Shown here piece by piece: positions 38,185-46,706 of a stretch of 46,706 bases of DNA; positions within the stretch are counted from its first letter, which is position 1, and each line of letters begins with the position of its first letter. The stretch lies in the NCBI GenBank assembly GCA_003601695.1, contig PIYH01000002.1, positions 1 through 46,706 on the forward strand, in the 5' to 3' direction. Both the position numbers and the translations under genes were made by a program. Source of the DNA: Candidatus Bathyarchaeota archaeon. Lineage in GTDB: Archaea; Thermoproteota; Bathyarchaeia; Bathyarchaeales; DTEX01. The notes beneath the pieces were generated by a model. It had not been told where the DNA came from. It saw only the letters and a program-made list of their open reading frames with translations, and ran no database searches.

Positions 38185-39255
38185 TTAATATAGAACTTCT
38201 GGGATTTTCAGAGCCTTGTTAGTCTTCTCGATGCTTCTGCTCCCGTCCTTCTCGATCAGAGTTAACGCTCTAATCGCATCGATGTTTTCCGGTATGACAT
38301 CGTTCTCGTTGGGGCAGGCAGCCGCTAATAGTAGCTCATTCTCACCTATCACCGTCACGAAGTCTTCCCACAATGGAATCGTGTATATATCTCCTCTTGG
38401 AAGTCCTAAATCTCGGCTTATCTCAATTATCGACGCTAAACCGATGACTCCATCCTTAGAGTTCACAAATGTTAATCTAGGCTCGCTTCGTAGAGCTTCA
38501 AGAGCCTCATCGCGCGTTATCTTCTGATCGAATGTTATATCGTAGAAGTGGAAGTGATGCATAGTATGGGATCCTTTAACCGCCGCGCTGTAGAGATCGG
38601 GGATCGCATCATGTATAACCGTCTTAACGTCCGGAGCGTGGTGACTTGGGAGATGTGATGGAACAACAGTATTCATTATTCCTCCAGTATCTCCCTTTAC
38701 AGGATCCGTTGCGCGACGAACTAGAAACATCCTAGCCTTCTTAACCTTAAAGTTCGTGTAGAGCGCATGGAATATTCTACATGCAGCTGTAGTGTTGCAG
38801 GATACGATTCTGCAGTATCTATGTCCACTCTCAGCCTTCTCGACGGCCTCCCCGTAATTACATTGAGCTACAAAGCTTAGATTCGCAACTTCATGCTTCT
38901 CTCCGCCTTCAAAAATAGCCTTTACGCCATATTTGTCATATAATGTCTCCTTGTTCTTAGCGCCGAAGCCAGCCGGTGCACAGTCAACCATAATGTCTAC
39001 TGCTCCCTTACGAAGTAGATCTTCCAGCGTTCCAGCGACATCGATTCCACCTTTCTTCATCGCATCAACCCGTTGTGGATCTGTCACGCTACAGTAGATC
39101 GTGTATCCCTTCTTCTGAGCCATCTTCACACGCCAGTCAGATACTACATCAGCCACTCCGACTATCTCCATGTCGTCCTGTAGAGCTACAGCGTCTGCAA
39201 CTCTCTTCCCTATAACGCCATATCCGTTTAATAGCACCTTAACCTTCCCATTCAA
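38185..39255 (-). CDS. gap: Archaeal (type II) phosphorylating glyceraldehyde-3-phosphate dehydrogenase
   Basis: NGYGVIGKRVADAV, GGEKH, catalytic VSCNTT, RRATDP, PSHH.PDV, IPENIDAIRA. Start placed at TTG 39255 after GGAGGT (ORF track starts at 39279). Confidence 0.96.
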   Translation of the reverse strand: MNGKVKVLLNGYGVIGKRVADAVALQDDMEIVGVADVVSDWRVKMAQKKGYTIYCSVTDPQRVDAMKKGGIDVAGTLEDLLRKGAVDIMVDCAPAGFGAKNKETLYDKYGVKAIFEGGEKHEVANLSFVAQCNYGEAVEKAESGHRYCRIVSCNTTAACRIFHALYTNFKVKKARMFLVRRATDPVKGDTGGIMNTVVPSHLPSHHAPDVKTVIHDAIPDLYSAAVKGSHTMHHFHFYDITFDQKITRDEALEALRSEPRLTFVNSKDGVIGLASIIEISRDLGLPRGDIYTIPLWEDFVTVIGENELLLAAACPNENDVIPENIDAIRALTLIEKDGSRSIEKTNKALKIPEVLY

Positions 39256-39299
39256 AGCTAACAAACCTCCATTTTGCATTAACTTCTCTCAGAAAAGTA

Positions 39300-39309
39300 T
39301 TAAATCTTT
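39300..39309 (-). promoter_or_regulatory. BRE/TATA promoter element (AAAGATTTAA) for gap-pgk
   Basis: About 45 nt upstream of the proposed gap start. Confidence 0.6.
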
Positions 39310-39364
39310 TTCATAAATAATTGATTCTGATCATCTTATTGAATAAGTCGCAACAGATGAGAGG

Positions 39365-39973
39365 CTAGAGAAGATTCGGTTTTATTCTTAGATATATTAA
39401 GGGTCCCCTCTCCTTCCGTATCTCTGAAACTCTTCTTGAAAGTGCATTGTAGATGTCTATCGGATCTAACTTTAGACTCTTCGGATTTACATTTGGATTT
39501 CGCAGACGCCTCGCAATCTCCTCCACTATAAGGTTTTCAGCGATGAAACTTGCCATACATATTTCTCCTTGAGAGATAAGCTTGCTTGTCATCAAATTCT
39601 TAAGTTCCTTCTTGAATTCTAATCTCCTATATATTTTCTTTGCCTCTTTAATTCTTTTCTCAGCATTCGGCGGAAGTCTCGGCTTTGCATGTAGAAGCTT
39701 AACTCTCTCCCTCCATTTTCCAAGCCATATAGTAATCCAGGATTTTACAAAGGTCAGAAACTCGTCTCTTTCGTCATACATCATCCCTTCAAGAGCGTCA
39801 CAGAAGGATCCGCCTATCAGAGAGAGTTTCTGTTTAATCCATTCCTCCAGATCTTTAGAGGCATACACAACCATTTGATAATCTGAAGAATAAGGCTCAA
39901 ATTGAGGGATACGATTCTTCATCTCCTCGGCGAGGATGGAAATTAATCTTCTCCGGAGGGAAATAATCTTCAT
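39365..39973 (-). CDS. Hypothetical protein
   Basis: 202 aa, helical and basic; co-oriented with neighbours; no recognised motif. Confidence 0.7.
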   Translation of the reverse strand: MKIISLRRRLISILAEEMKNRIPQFEPYSSDYQMVVYASKDLEEWIKQKLSLIGGSFCDALEGMMYDERDEFLTFVKSWITIWLGKWRERVKLLHAKPRLPPNAEKRIKEAKKIYRRLEFKKELKNLMTSKLISQGEICMASFIAENLIVEEIARRLRNPNVNPKSLKLDPIDIYNALSRRVSEIRKERGPLIYLRIKPNLL

Positions 39974-40040
39974 CTATAACCCGCACAACCTACTTAGTAA
40001 ATGCTTCATATAAGATTTAAGGTTGCCTCTTTATTAGCGA

Positions 40041-40940
40041 TTACAGTGGAAGATCCTCTCTTCTAGGAAGCCCGTTTCTAGCTCCCATCTTCATTAAGGT
40101 TCTGGAGGCGACGAAGTTTCCGAGAATACCACATTCTCTAAGCGACATGTTTTTCATCAGTCCATATATGAAGCCAGCGCAGAAGGCATCTCCGGCGCCA
40201 GTTGAATCAACAACCTTCACTCTGAACGGCTCGATTACATGTTGTTCTTTGCCATCCGTTACATAACATCCGCGAGAGCCGAGCTTGACAGCGACTATTT
40301 TTACACCTTCCTTCAATAGAATCTGAGAGCCTTCAACATAGTTCTTTCCCGTCAGAATTCTGATCTCGTGTTCATTCGGGAATAACGCGAGGCATCTTTC
40401 AATCATGGGCTTTAGCTCCGCAAGCCCTTTACGAGCATATATCATTCCCGGATCAATCGTCACTGGGATATCTGATAGCATCTTAACAATCTCTTTCTGA
40501 ACATTAAATGAGGATTCGCCGATAAAGGAGGATAGATGCAACAAACCTGCTTGCGATGCATAATCCATGTCAATCTCCTCTAGACTTAGCGAATCGTTTA
40601 CTCCTGGATCCACGTAGAGAGCTCGTTCACCCGCCTCATCTACGAATCCTATAACAACCCCGCTTCGTCCATGCGAAGCAACAACGATGCCGTCAGTATT
40701 TACGCCCTCCTCGATGAAAGATCTCATCAGCATCTCGCCTTCCCTATCTCTAGCAACCTTTCCGATGAAGCCAGTCTTCACGCCGAGCCTCGCCAATCCC
40801 ACAGCCGTGTTTGCGGCTGAGCCTCCCGGAGCCTCCTTAAAGTCTAGAATCTCACTCTCCTCATCTGCAGATGCTATCCTATCTACCTTGTAGAGCTTGT
40901 CAACGTTTAATGCTCCGAAGCAGATAACGTCGAGCTTCAA
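40041..40940 (-). CDS. PfkB/ribokinase-family kinase
   Basis: [34 protein letters not shown]. Confidence 0.94.
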   Translation of the reverse strand: MKLDVICFGALNVDKLYKVDRIASADEESEILDFKEAPGGSAANTAVGLARLGVKTGFIGKVARDREGEMLMRSFIEEGVNTDGIVVASHGRSGVVIGFVDEAGERALYVDPGVNDSLSLEEIDMDYASQAGLLHLSSFIGESSFNVQKEIVKMLSDIPVTIDPGMIYARKGLAELKPMIERCLALFPNEHEIRILTGKNYVEGSQILLKEGVKIVAVKLGSRGCYVTDGKEQHVIEPFRVKVVDSTGAGDAFCAGFIYGLMKNMSLRECGILGNFVASRTLMKMGARNGLPRREDLPL

Positions 40941-41860
40941 GAGAAGAGATCCCTCAAGTATATTTTGTAATCCCCAAGCTTTCCGCCGTAGTTTCCAGCG
41001 GATATCTTAACTACTCCATCAACTTTAGATGCTGCTTCGATGCCGATCTTCATAGCCTTTCTGACAGATTCTAATGTTATGCCATTTATTACTACTTCAG
41101 GAATGTAGTTGACGCCTTCGGGAACCTTAGATGCGCCTCCAAGTCTCCCTTTTAATGATGGACAATATGGATGGTTTGTAGTAGGCCCTATCTCCGGAAA
41201 TTTCGTCTCAGTCTTAGATCCAGCTGAACATATATCGAATGGTGTGACAACACCTTCTACTTTATGTATTGCTTCTAAAGCTTTCTTTCCAGCCTCCATA
41301 ACTGCTTCCTTTGTCTCACACATATACCAGAAGTTTCCGCCAGTAACCCCACGTCCATATCCAAGATAACGTTCTATCTTGAAATCCGGCACCATTACAG
41401 GAATTATTATCATTTCGCGGCTATAGAGATTCTCAATCCATTCGTAGCCGTCTCCACAATGACCTATACGTTCCATCGCGTCAACTTTACCTATCGGATA
41501 TAGACATGCATCAAAGACCGCTGTGAATGGCTTTACAAGTATATCTTGCCTTATTCGGTAAGAAAACTCCCTATAGAACTTGCTGACAACCTTATCTAAA
41601 GGCTTATCCTTTTCGAAAGCAGCCCAGAATTGGAGGATCACACCTAAACGTCCATCAGGAGTTTCATCTTTTCCGAGATATCTTTCCACCCCTCCCTCAA
41701 TTCTACCGATCACTATAGAGGGAGTTGCAGTTGCATCCTCCCCGGCTTTTCTAAGCGTCTCCTCATCATCAGCTGTGACCAGAATCCTGAAGTACAATCC
41801 CTCGAAGGCCTCGGCATAAGTGTCCTCGATCTCCACTCTCATCTCAGCCTCATTCCTCAT
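40937..41860 (-). CDS. ftr: Formylmethanofuran:H4MPT formyltransferase-like protein
   Basis: [59 protein letters not shown]. Confidence 0.88.
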   Translation of the reverse strand: MRNEAEMRVEIEDTYAEAFEGLYFRILVTADDEETLRKAGEDATATPSIVIGRIEGGVERYLGKDETPDGRLGVILQFWAAFEKDKPLDKVVSKFYREFSYRIRQDILVKPFTAVFDACLYPIGKVDAMERIGHCGDGYEWIENLYSREMIIIPVMVPDFKIERYLGYGRGVTGGNFWYMCETKEAVMEAGKKALEAIHKVEGVVTPFDICSAGSKTETKFPEIGPTTNHPYCPSLKGRLGGASKVPEGVNYIPEVVINGITLESVRKAMKIGIEAASKVDGVVKISAGNYGGKLGDYKIYLRDLFS

Positions 41861-41986
41861 CTATTATTATTCATTCTAAGGGATATATGCAGAAATGTAT
41901 TAACCTTTATACTCTCCATAGTCTACGAGAAAGATTATAAGTATTCAAGCATACGAAGAGATTAGTCGTGATCAAGAGGTGTCTTT

Positions 41987-42808
41987 TTGGCTCAAAACCG
42001 AAAAATAATGTTATCAATCGTAGTAGTATGTCTAATTATTGGAGCTTGGCTTACTTACTCCACGTTCTATGCTAGCTTAAGGAAGCCACATCCTCCAAGC
42101 GTTATTGAATGGTACGAGACCTCAAGGCAACCGATAAGTAGTTTATGGGGACAAGGCGTAGCATTCGATGGTGTCTACTGGTATTTCTCCGGGAGACAAT
42201 ATCTCTGCAAGACATACCTAAACTACAGCATAATCATTGAAAACTACGATCCCATTCCTCAGGAGCTGAGAAAACAAGGCTACCATCACATCGGAGACAT
42301 TGACTACTTTGAGGGAGTAATCTACGCCCCAGTTGAGGACTATGGATATAAAAATGGAACTTTTATATTATATTTCGCCGAGAATCTCACATACGCTGGA
42401 AAATACGTTAAGACTAGTCAGTCGCATATGCCGTGGTGCGCCATTGATCCGAAAACTCAGCTTATATATTCCTCCGAGTTCGACAACGTAAGTAGTCTAT
42501 ATGTTTACGATTTAAAGAAAGATTTTAGTCGGCTGAAAGATCTACCTCTAAGCCAAACCCTACACAGGGTTCAGGGAGGCGCAGTACATGACGACTCGCT
42601 ATACCTTTCATGCGATGATTTCGGAGAGCACATATATATAGTCGATATTAAGACAGGGAAAGTTTTAGATAGCTTCGCGACGAATATCGGATGGGAGATG
42701 GAGGGCGTAACGGTTTATAAGTTTGAGAATGCTAGCTTAGGAATGCTACATTTCATCGACCATAAAAGGAACATATATCATTATTCATTTAAGGAAGCCG
42801 CCGGCTAG
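41987..42808 (+). CDS. Membrane-anchored extracellular protein, probable beta-propeller
   Basis: N-terminal TM; repeated blade-like segments (QGVAFDG, HIGDIDY, VQGGAV, EMEGVTV). Confidence 0.65.
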   Translation: MAQNRKIMLSIVVVCLIIGAWLTYSTFYASLRKPHPPSVIEWYETSRQPISSLWGQGVAFDGVYWYFSGRQYLCKTYLNYSIIIENYDPIPQELRKQGYHHIGDIDYFEGVIYAPVEDYGYKNGTFILYFAENLTYAGKYVKTSQSHMPWCAIDPKTQLIYSSEFDNVSSLYVYDLKKDFSRLKDLPLSQTLHRVQGGAVHDDSLYLSCDDFGEHIYIVDIKTGKVLDSFATNIGWEMEGVTVYKFENASLGMLHFIDHKRNIYHYSFKEAAG

Positions 42809-42829
42809 ACATCTAATGCCTCCAACAGA

Positions 42830-43489
42830 TTAGATTATAGGGATGCTTACCAAAAGAAACGAGGTCAACGGCACAATTATATTGTCATCTATTGATTTAT
42901 ACTCGTAATGCTCAAGGATACTTGCGACTACAGCTGCAAGCACGCCCTTAAAGCCTAACGTTAAGCCTATCGGCACGCAGACCGCAAGCATCGCTAGGTT
43001 TCCCCACCAGCTCTTGGTTCTCTCACCGAACATATAGTTCCTTACGATTCCGGTTACGGCATCGCCTATACTCATGAAAAGCACCGGTACGATGCCGATC
43101 CACCAATTGTTGAAGATAATCTTTCCAAGGAGAATCGATAGTCCCCACATAACGCAGAAGTGCACATCAAACTTGTTCTCTGGAACCTGATACCAATAAT
43201 TAATCTTCCCTATCTTATATGGCAGATAGCTCACCACTGCTAAGAACATAGACATGAGAAGCGGCATATATACGTCGGTGAAGATAAACGGCGTCAGTAG
43301 AGCAGCGAGACCTCCAGCAAATATGTGAATCATCTTCCTATTATAGTATATAATAACCCTCTCCTTAACACCTCTAGACACATAGTAATGATATATCTTC
43401 TTTGTGAGAAACATAACGAGGAACAATATCCATAACAACAATATCGATGCATATAACATTTCTAATAACAACAATGATATATTCACCAT
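42830..43489 (-). CDS. Dolichol/phytol kinase-like CTP-dependent membrane kinase
   Basis: NRKMIH, SIGDAVTG, KSWWGN, DDNIIVPL; multiple TM helices. Confidence 0.82.
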   Translation of the reverse strand: MVNISLLLLEMLYASILLLWILFLVMFLTKKIYHYYVSRGVKERVIIYYNRKMIHIFAGGLAALLTPFIFTDVYMPLLMSMFLAVVSYLPYKIGKINYWYQVPENKFDVHFCVMWGLSILLGKIIFNNWWIGIVPVLFMSIGDAVTGIVRNYMFGERTKSWWGNLAMLAVCVPIGLTLGFKGVLAAVVASILEHYEYKSIDDNIIVPLTSFLLVSIPII

Positions 43490-43715
43490 CTAAGCATTAA
43501 ATTCCAATATTCGTAATTCCTTAAAAAGCTTAAAGGAAAAAACCGTTATTCTGCAACTCACGAGAAGCATCAGAATTTTAAATTAGACAATAAAAGAGCT
43601 ATTATCCCTTTAAGACCATGGAATTTTCATAAGCTCCAAAGAAGAATGGATTACATGAATCTGCCTTAACTATACTTAAAGATTATTATGATATAGCGTT
43701 GAGTAACATTATCTT

Positions 43716-44543
43716 TTAGAGCCTTATCTCCTCCATCGGCACACCTCTACTCTTTCTCAGCAGTATAAGCGATAATGTAATGAAAATTATGATCCGCATG
43801 AAAACTGAGATTGCAGCTAGCCTCAGGTTTATTGCTGGCAACGGCTTATCGCCTGCCAGCCAAAGTAAGTATGCTCCTGTAGGCGGGTATACTCCTATGC
43901 CATGATACGTCAGCAGCGCTGGCAGTGAACATAATGGTATGATATATGCCAGGTTTCCCAGGTCAACCCATAGTTGAGAGTATGCTATGAAGCCAAATAT
44001 TAATGGTATATAGCTCGTCATTGTTAACGCCCTTGTCCTCTCGGATACTATGACCACTAGCGCTATCAGGTATGCGAGCCAATATAATGCTACACCAGCC
44101 ATTACTAAGTCGACTATTACTCCTAGCGGATTCTCGGGTAACGCCAGAATCCTAAACTTTGCATATGAGAAGCCTATAACTGACAAGAATATTGTTAGAG
44201 CAAAGATCAGTATAGCGAGTAGGCTTCCAAGGAAGTCCTCAACTATGAACCTCAATGTGCTAACCTTTGTGAACTTAGTTATGTATCTCGCGGCTCTCGA
44301 CGTGTAGAAAAGGCTGTATGATAAACCGATAGCTACCGAGGACATTGATAATAATCCTAGAAAGCTATAGGCTATAGTAATATTAGTCTTTATAACGTAG
44401 ACTTTCCATAGAGTCTCTCCTGCTGCTGGGCTGAAAATGAAGATCCACATCAAAACCCAAAACTCTATGAAGCCTATGCCCCATCCTATCTGCTCCGGAT
44501 TCGTAAGCATATCCTTAATCTTAAGCCTAAGATATAATGTCAT
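43716..44543 (-). CDS. ABC-2-type exporter permease
   Basis: About six TM helices; lies 17 bp downstream of an ABC ATPase. Confidence 0.7.
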   Translation of the reverse strand: MTLYLRLKIKDMLTNPEQIGWGIGFIEFWVLMWIFIFSPAAGETLWKVYVIKTNITIAYSFLGLLSMSSVAIGLSYSLFYTSRAARYITKFTKVSTLRFIVEDFLGSLLAILIFALTIFLSVIGFSYAKFRILALPENPLGVIVDLVMAGVALYWLAYLIALVVIVSERTRALTMTSYIPLIFGFIAYSQLWVDLGNLAYIIPLCSLPALLTYHGIGVYPPTGAYLLWLAGDKPLPAINLRLAAISVFMRIIIFITLSLILLRKSRGVPMEEIRL

Positions 44544-44560
44544 GTATTCTCAGTCTCCAT

Positions 44561-45355
44561 CTAACTTAACGAGAGCTCATAGATCCTATCTAATGTTATA
44601 AGCTTTGATAATGGCTCTCCAACCTTCCCTTGCATTAGACTATACATTTTGCCTGAGATAGTAAACTTTAACATTGCATTAGGCATATCACCAATGACTA
44701 AATTCACCTTAACTAGATTCCCTGCATACATGGGACCGAAAAGTTTTCCTTCAAACATTAAATGTGTACTCCAGTCCTTTAGGGTTGAGAGAAGCCACGT
44801 CTCATGGGTATTCAAAAGTAATATGCCCTTATACTCTTTGAGATACTCTATCAACCTACCCTTCCTGGCGGGATCAAGCTGCTCAAAAGGCTCATCCAGA
44901 AGGACATGCTTGGCATTAGAGAATAAGGCTATTACGGTTGAGAATGCCTTTCGCTGACCAGCGGAGAGCTCCCACGGCTTCCTCTTCCTTAAAAGACTGA
45001 TACTTAGCCCTAAATCCTCAAGCATCTCTACAGTTAAATCTAAATCTCCACCAGTAAAATCCATAAATAAACGTAGATGATCATAGGCATTTAGATGAAA
45101 AACATGATGAACCTCGCTTAGGTTTATGGCTAACACACCGGGCTTATTATGTATTTCATCTAGGTTTACGCCATCGATGAGTATTCTGCCGGATGATATG
45201 GGCGCCAATCCTGCAATAGCTCTAAAAAGCGTCGTCTTACCTGAACCGTTTGGCCCTAAGATTAGATGTTTATCCTTAAACTTTGCATGAACTCCTTTAA
45301 TGATGGGTTCCTGCCGCCGCCTATACCTAACGCAGAGGTTTACAAGTTCTATCAT
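44561..45355 (-). CDS. ABC exporter ATP-binding protein
   Basis: GPNGSGKTT, LSAGQ, LLDEPFEQLD, NTHE. Confidence 0.92.
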   Translation of the reverse strand: MIELVNLCVRYRRRQEPIIKGVHAKFKDKHLILGPNGSGKTTLFRAIAGLAPISSGRILIDGVNLDEIHNKPGVLAINLSEVHHVFHLNAYDHLRLFMDFTGGDLDLTVEMLEDLGLSISLLRKRKPWELSAGQRKAFSTVIALFSNAKHVLLDEPFEQLDPARKGRLIEYLKEYKGILLLNTHETWLLSTLKDWSTHLMFEGKLFGPMYAGNLVKVNLVIGDMPNAMLKFTISGKMYSLMQGKVGEPLSKLITLDRIYELSLS

Positions 45356-45444
45356 TAAATCATTACACCTAATATGACGCCGCGTCTTTTTTAAAGCTAG
45401 AAATCTTTATAAAAAAATTTTTCCATCTGATACTCGGTGAGATT

Positions 45445-46614
45445 TTGAGATTCAGGGAATACCTCATTAATGTAGCGTTAATTTTAATCGTAGCATTGGC
45501 TATGACAGGCTATGTGCTACATTTGCCTGAGGTTAAGTTTAAGAAGATAAATTTAAGGCTAAAATTCCAATATGACTACGTAGTTGAAGCATATAAGCCT
45601 AGATGGCTTTGTAGAGGAGACATTGGAACCTATCCTTCAAGCCACTTTATATCGGATATTCCATGGATAAGCTATAACAAATCGTATTGTGCAACCACAT
45701 GTCTGCAAATGATAGTCTATAAGTATGAAATTAGGGAGCAAGTTGAATACTTCAACTTCATAATGGGCTTCACGTACGGTGCATATCTTGGAACATTCAA
45801 TAATAGAGTGTATCTAATACCTGGAGGAGACCCGTTCGCAGGATACGTTAATGCATCTAAAATTCTGAACCTCAAATACAACCTACTAGTCACTGATGAT
45901 AGAGAATTATTCATCGATGCCTGCCGCCACCTTGTATCTAAGGATATCCCTGTAATACTGCCTGTTAACATGTCTAGACTATATCATCTAAAGTATTTTG
46001 CACCGCACTTTGAGCTGCTGGCTGGATTCGATGAAGATGACTTCTACATTTATGAGCCTGTTCAATCAAGGTGTATCTTCAAATTCGGCGAGAAAGGATA
46101 TCGATTTCCCGCAGATCTTGTAGTTAAGGCTGTTGAGGACATGTCAGCGGCATATAATTTGCCATGGAAGTATGCCATAATATACTTTATAAAGGGGGGA
46201 GAGCCTGCTAAAGATCTGAGGGGGCTCCTAACTCTTAATGGCAGATTGCAGATCGGACACAATTTTACAATGGATAGCTGCAGAATACATTTTGGCTCCT
46301 ACGCCTTTAAAATGCTGGCGGACTACATTAGTAAGGGCAATGTGAGAATCAACGATATTATCTGGTCTATAGGACTGGCATACATCTCTAGAGTAGATAA
46401 TGCAAGGTTTCTTAAGGAGAGATTTCCAGATGACAAGAGAGTATTAGAAGCGGCAGAATACCTCATCAAAGCAGCTGAGATATATAAGAGAATAATGTAT
46501 CTCGCAGGAGATGGCGTTTCGCCGGAGGATGAGAATGAGATCATATCACTCTTGAAGAAAGCCTCGGAATATGAGAAAGAGGCGGGAATATCGATGATAG
46601 AGGCTGGAAGCTAA
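45445..46614 (+). CDS. Membrane-anchored papain-fold C39/BtrH-like peptidase
   Basis: N-terminal TM; Cys in SYCATTCLQM, IPVIL, His in PHFELLAGFD, YIYEP; helical C-terminal domain. Confidence 0.68.
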   Translation: MRFREYLINVALILIVALAMTGYVLHLPEVKFKKINLRLKFQYDYVVEAYKPRWLCRGDIGTYPSSHFISDIPWISYNKSYCATTCLQMIVYKYEIREQVEYFNFIMGFTYGAYLGTFNNRVYLIPGGDPFAGYVNASKILNLKYNLLVTDDRELFIDACRHLVSKDIPVILPVNMSRLYHLKYFAPHFELLAGFDEDDFYIYEPVQSRCIFKFGEKGYRFPADLVVKAVEDMSAAYNLPWKYAIIYFIKGGEPAKDLRGLLTLNGRLQIGHNFTMDSCRIHFGSYAFKMLADYISKGNVRINDIIWSIGLAYISRVDNARFLKERFPDDKRVLEAAEYLIKAAEIYKRIMYLAGDGVSPEDENEIISLLKKASEYEKEAGISMIEAGS

Positions 46615-46706
46615 AGAGAAAAATATGGAATCTAAGATGGATGAGGAAATATTGTTTTGAGCCGATTTCTTTCGTGACATTTAGATATGAAAGATTCGCA
46701 TGGTGA

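Noticed and set aside
40937..41860. Evidence of methanogenesis
   Set aside because: An Ftr-family gene alone indicates at most H4MPT-linked C1 metabolism; no mcr or mtr in the window.
878..46544. Numerous 60-180 aa ORFs nested in or antisense to the main genes (e.g. 878..1147, 12674..13051, 33144..33689, 35198..35665)
   Set aside because: Shadow ORFs over well-supported genes; Ser/Leu/Phe-rich antisense composition and no motifs.
1..46706. CRISPR array, tRNA, rRNA, IS element or provirus
   Set aside because: No spaced repeats, cloverleaf or T-loop motifs, rRNA-like tracts, transposase or integrase seen by eye; tRNAscan-SE and Infernal would be needed to exclude small RNAs.

Overview
Gene-dense archaeal chromosomal window, most consistent with Bathyarchaeia (TACK). 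This taxonomic call is an inference from a eukaryote-like topoisomerase IB, TIP49/RuvBL, TiaS, prefoldin beta, archaeal GAPDH/PGK, an Ftr-family formyltransferase and BRE/TATA promoters. It holds about 40 CDS, mostly housekeeping and metabolic. I saw no rRNA, tRNA, CRISPR array or transposase. Items worth a second look: (1) a REC protein plus tandem KaiC/GvpD-like ATPase pair with no histidine kinase; (2) a divergent Ftr-like gene translationally coupled to a PfkB kinase, ahead of gap-pgk; (3) an unusual ABC importer (vWA-associated-type binding protein, fused ModB/CysT-like permease, two paralogous ATPases) followed by a frameshifted DUF47; (4) a 722-aa transaldolase-family protein that appears to lack the usual acid-base residue; (5) TopoIB with a ~135-aa linker and Ser at the position of human Asn722; (6) a GH38 alpha-mannosidase pseudogene missing its catalytic core, mostly missed by the ORF track; (7) a C39/BtrH-like peptidase divergent from an ABC exporter; (8) a 543-aa orphan coiled-coil protein. 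All calls come from recognising motifs by eye; no searches were run.
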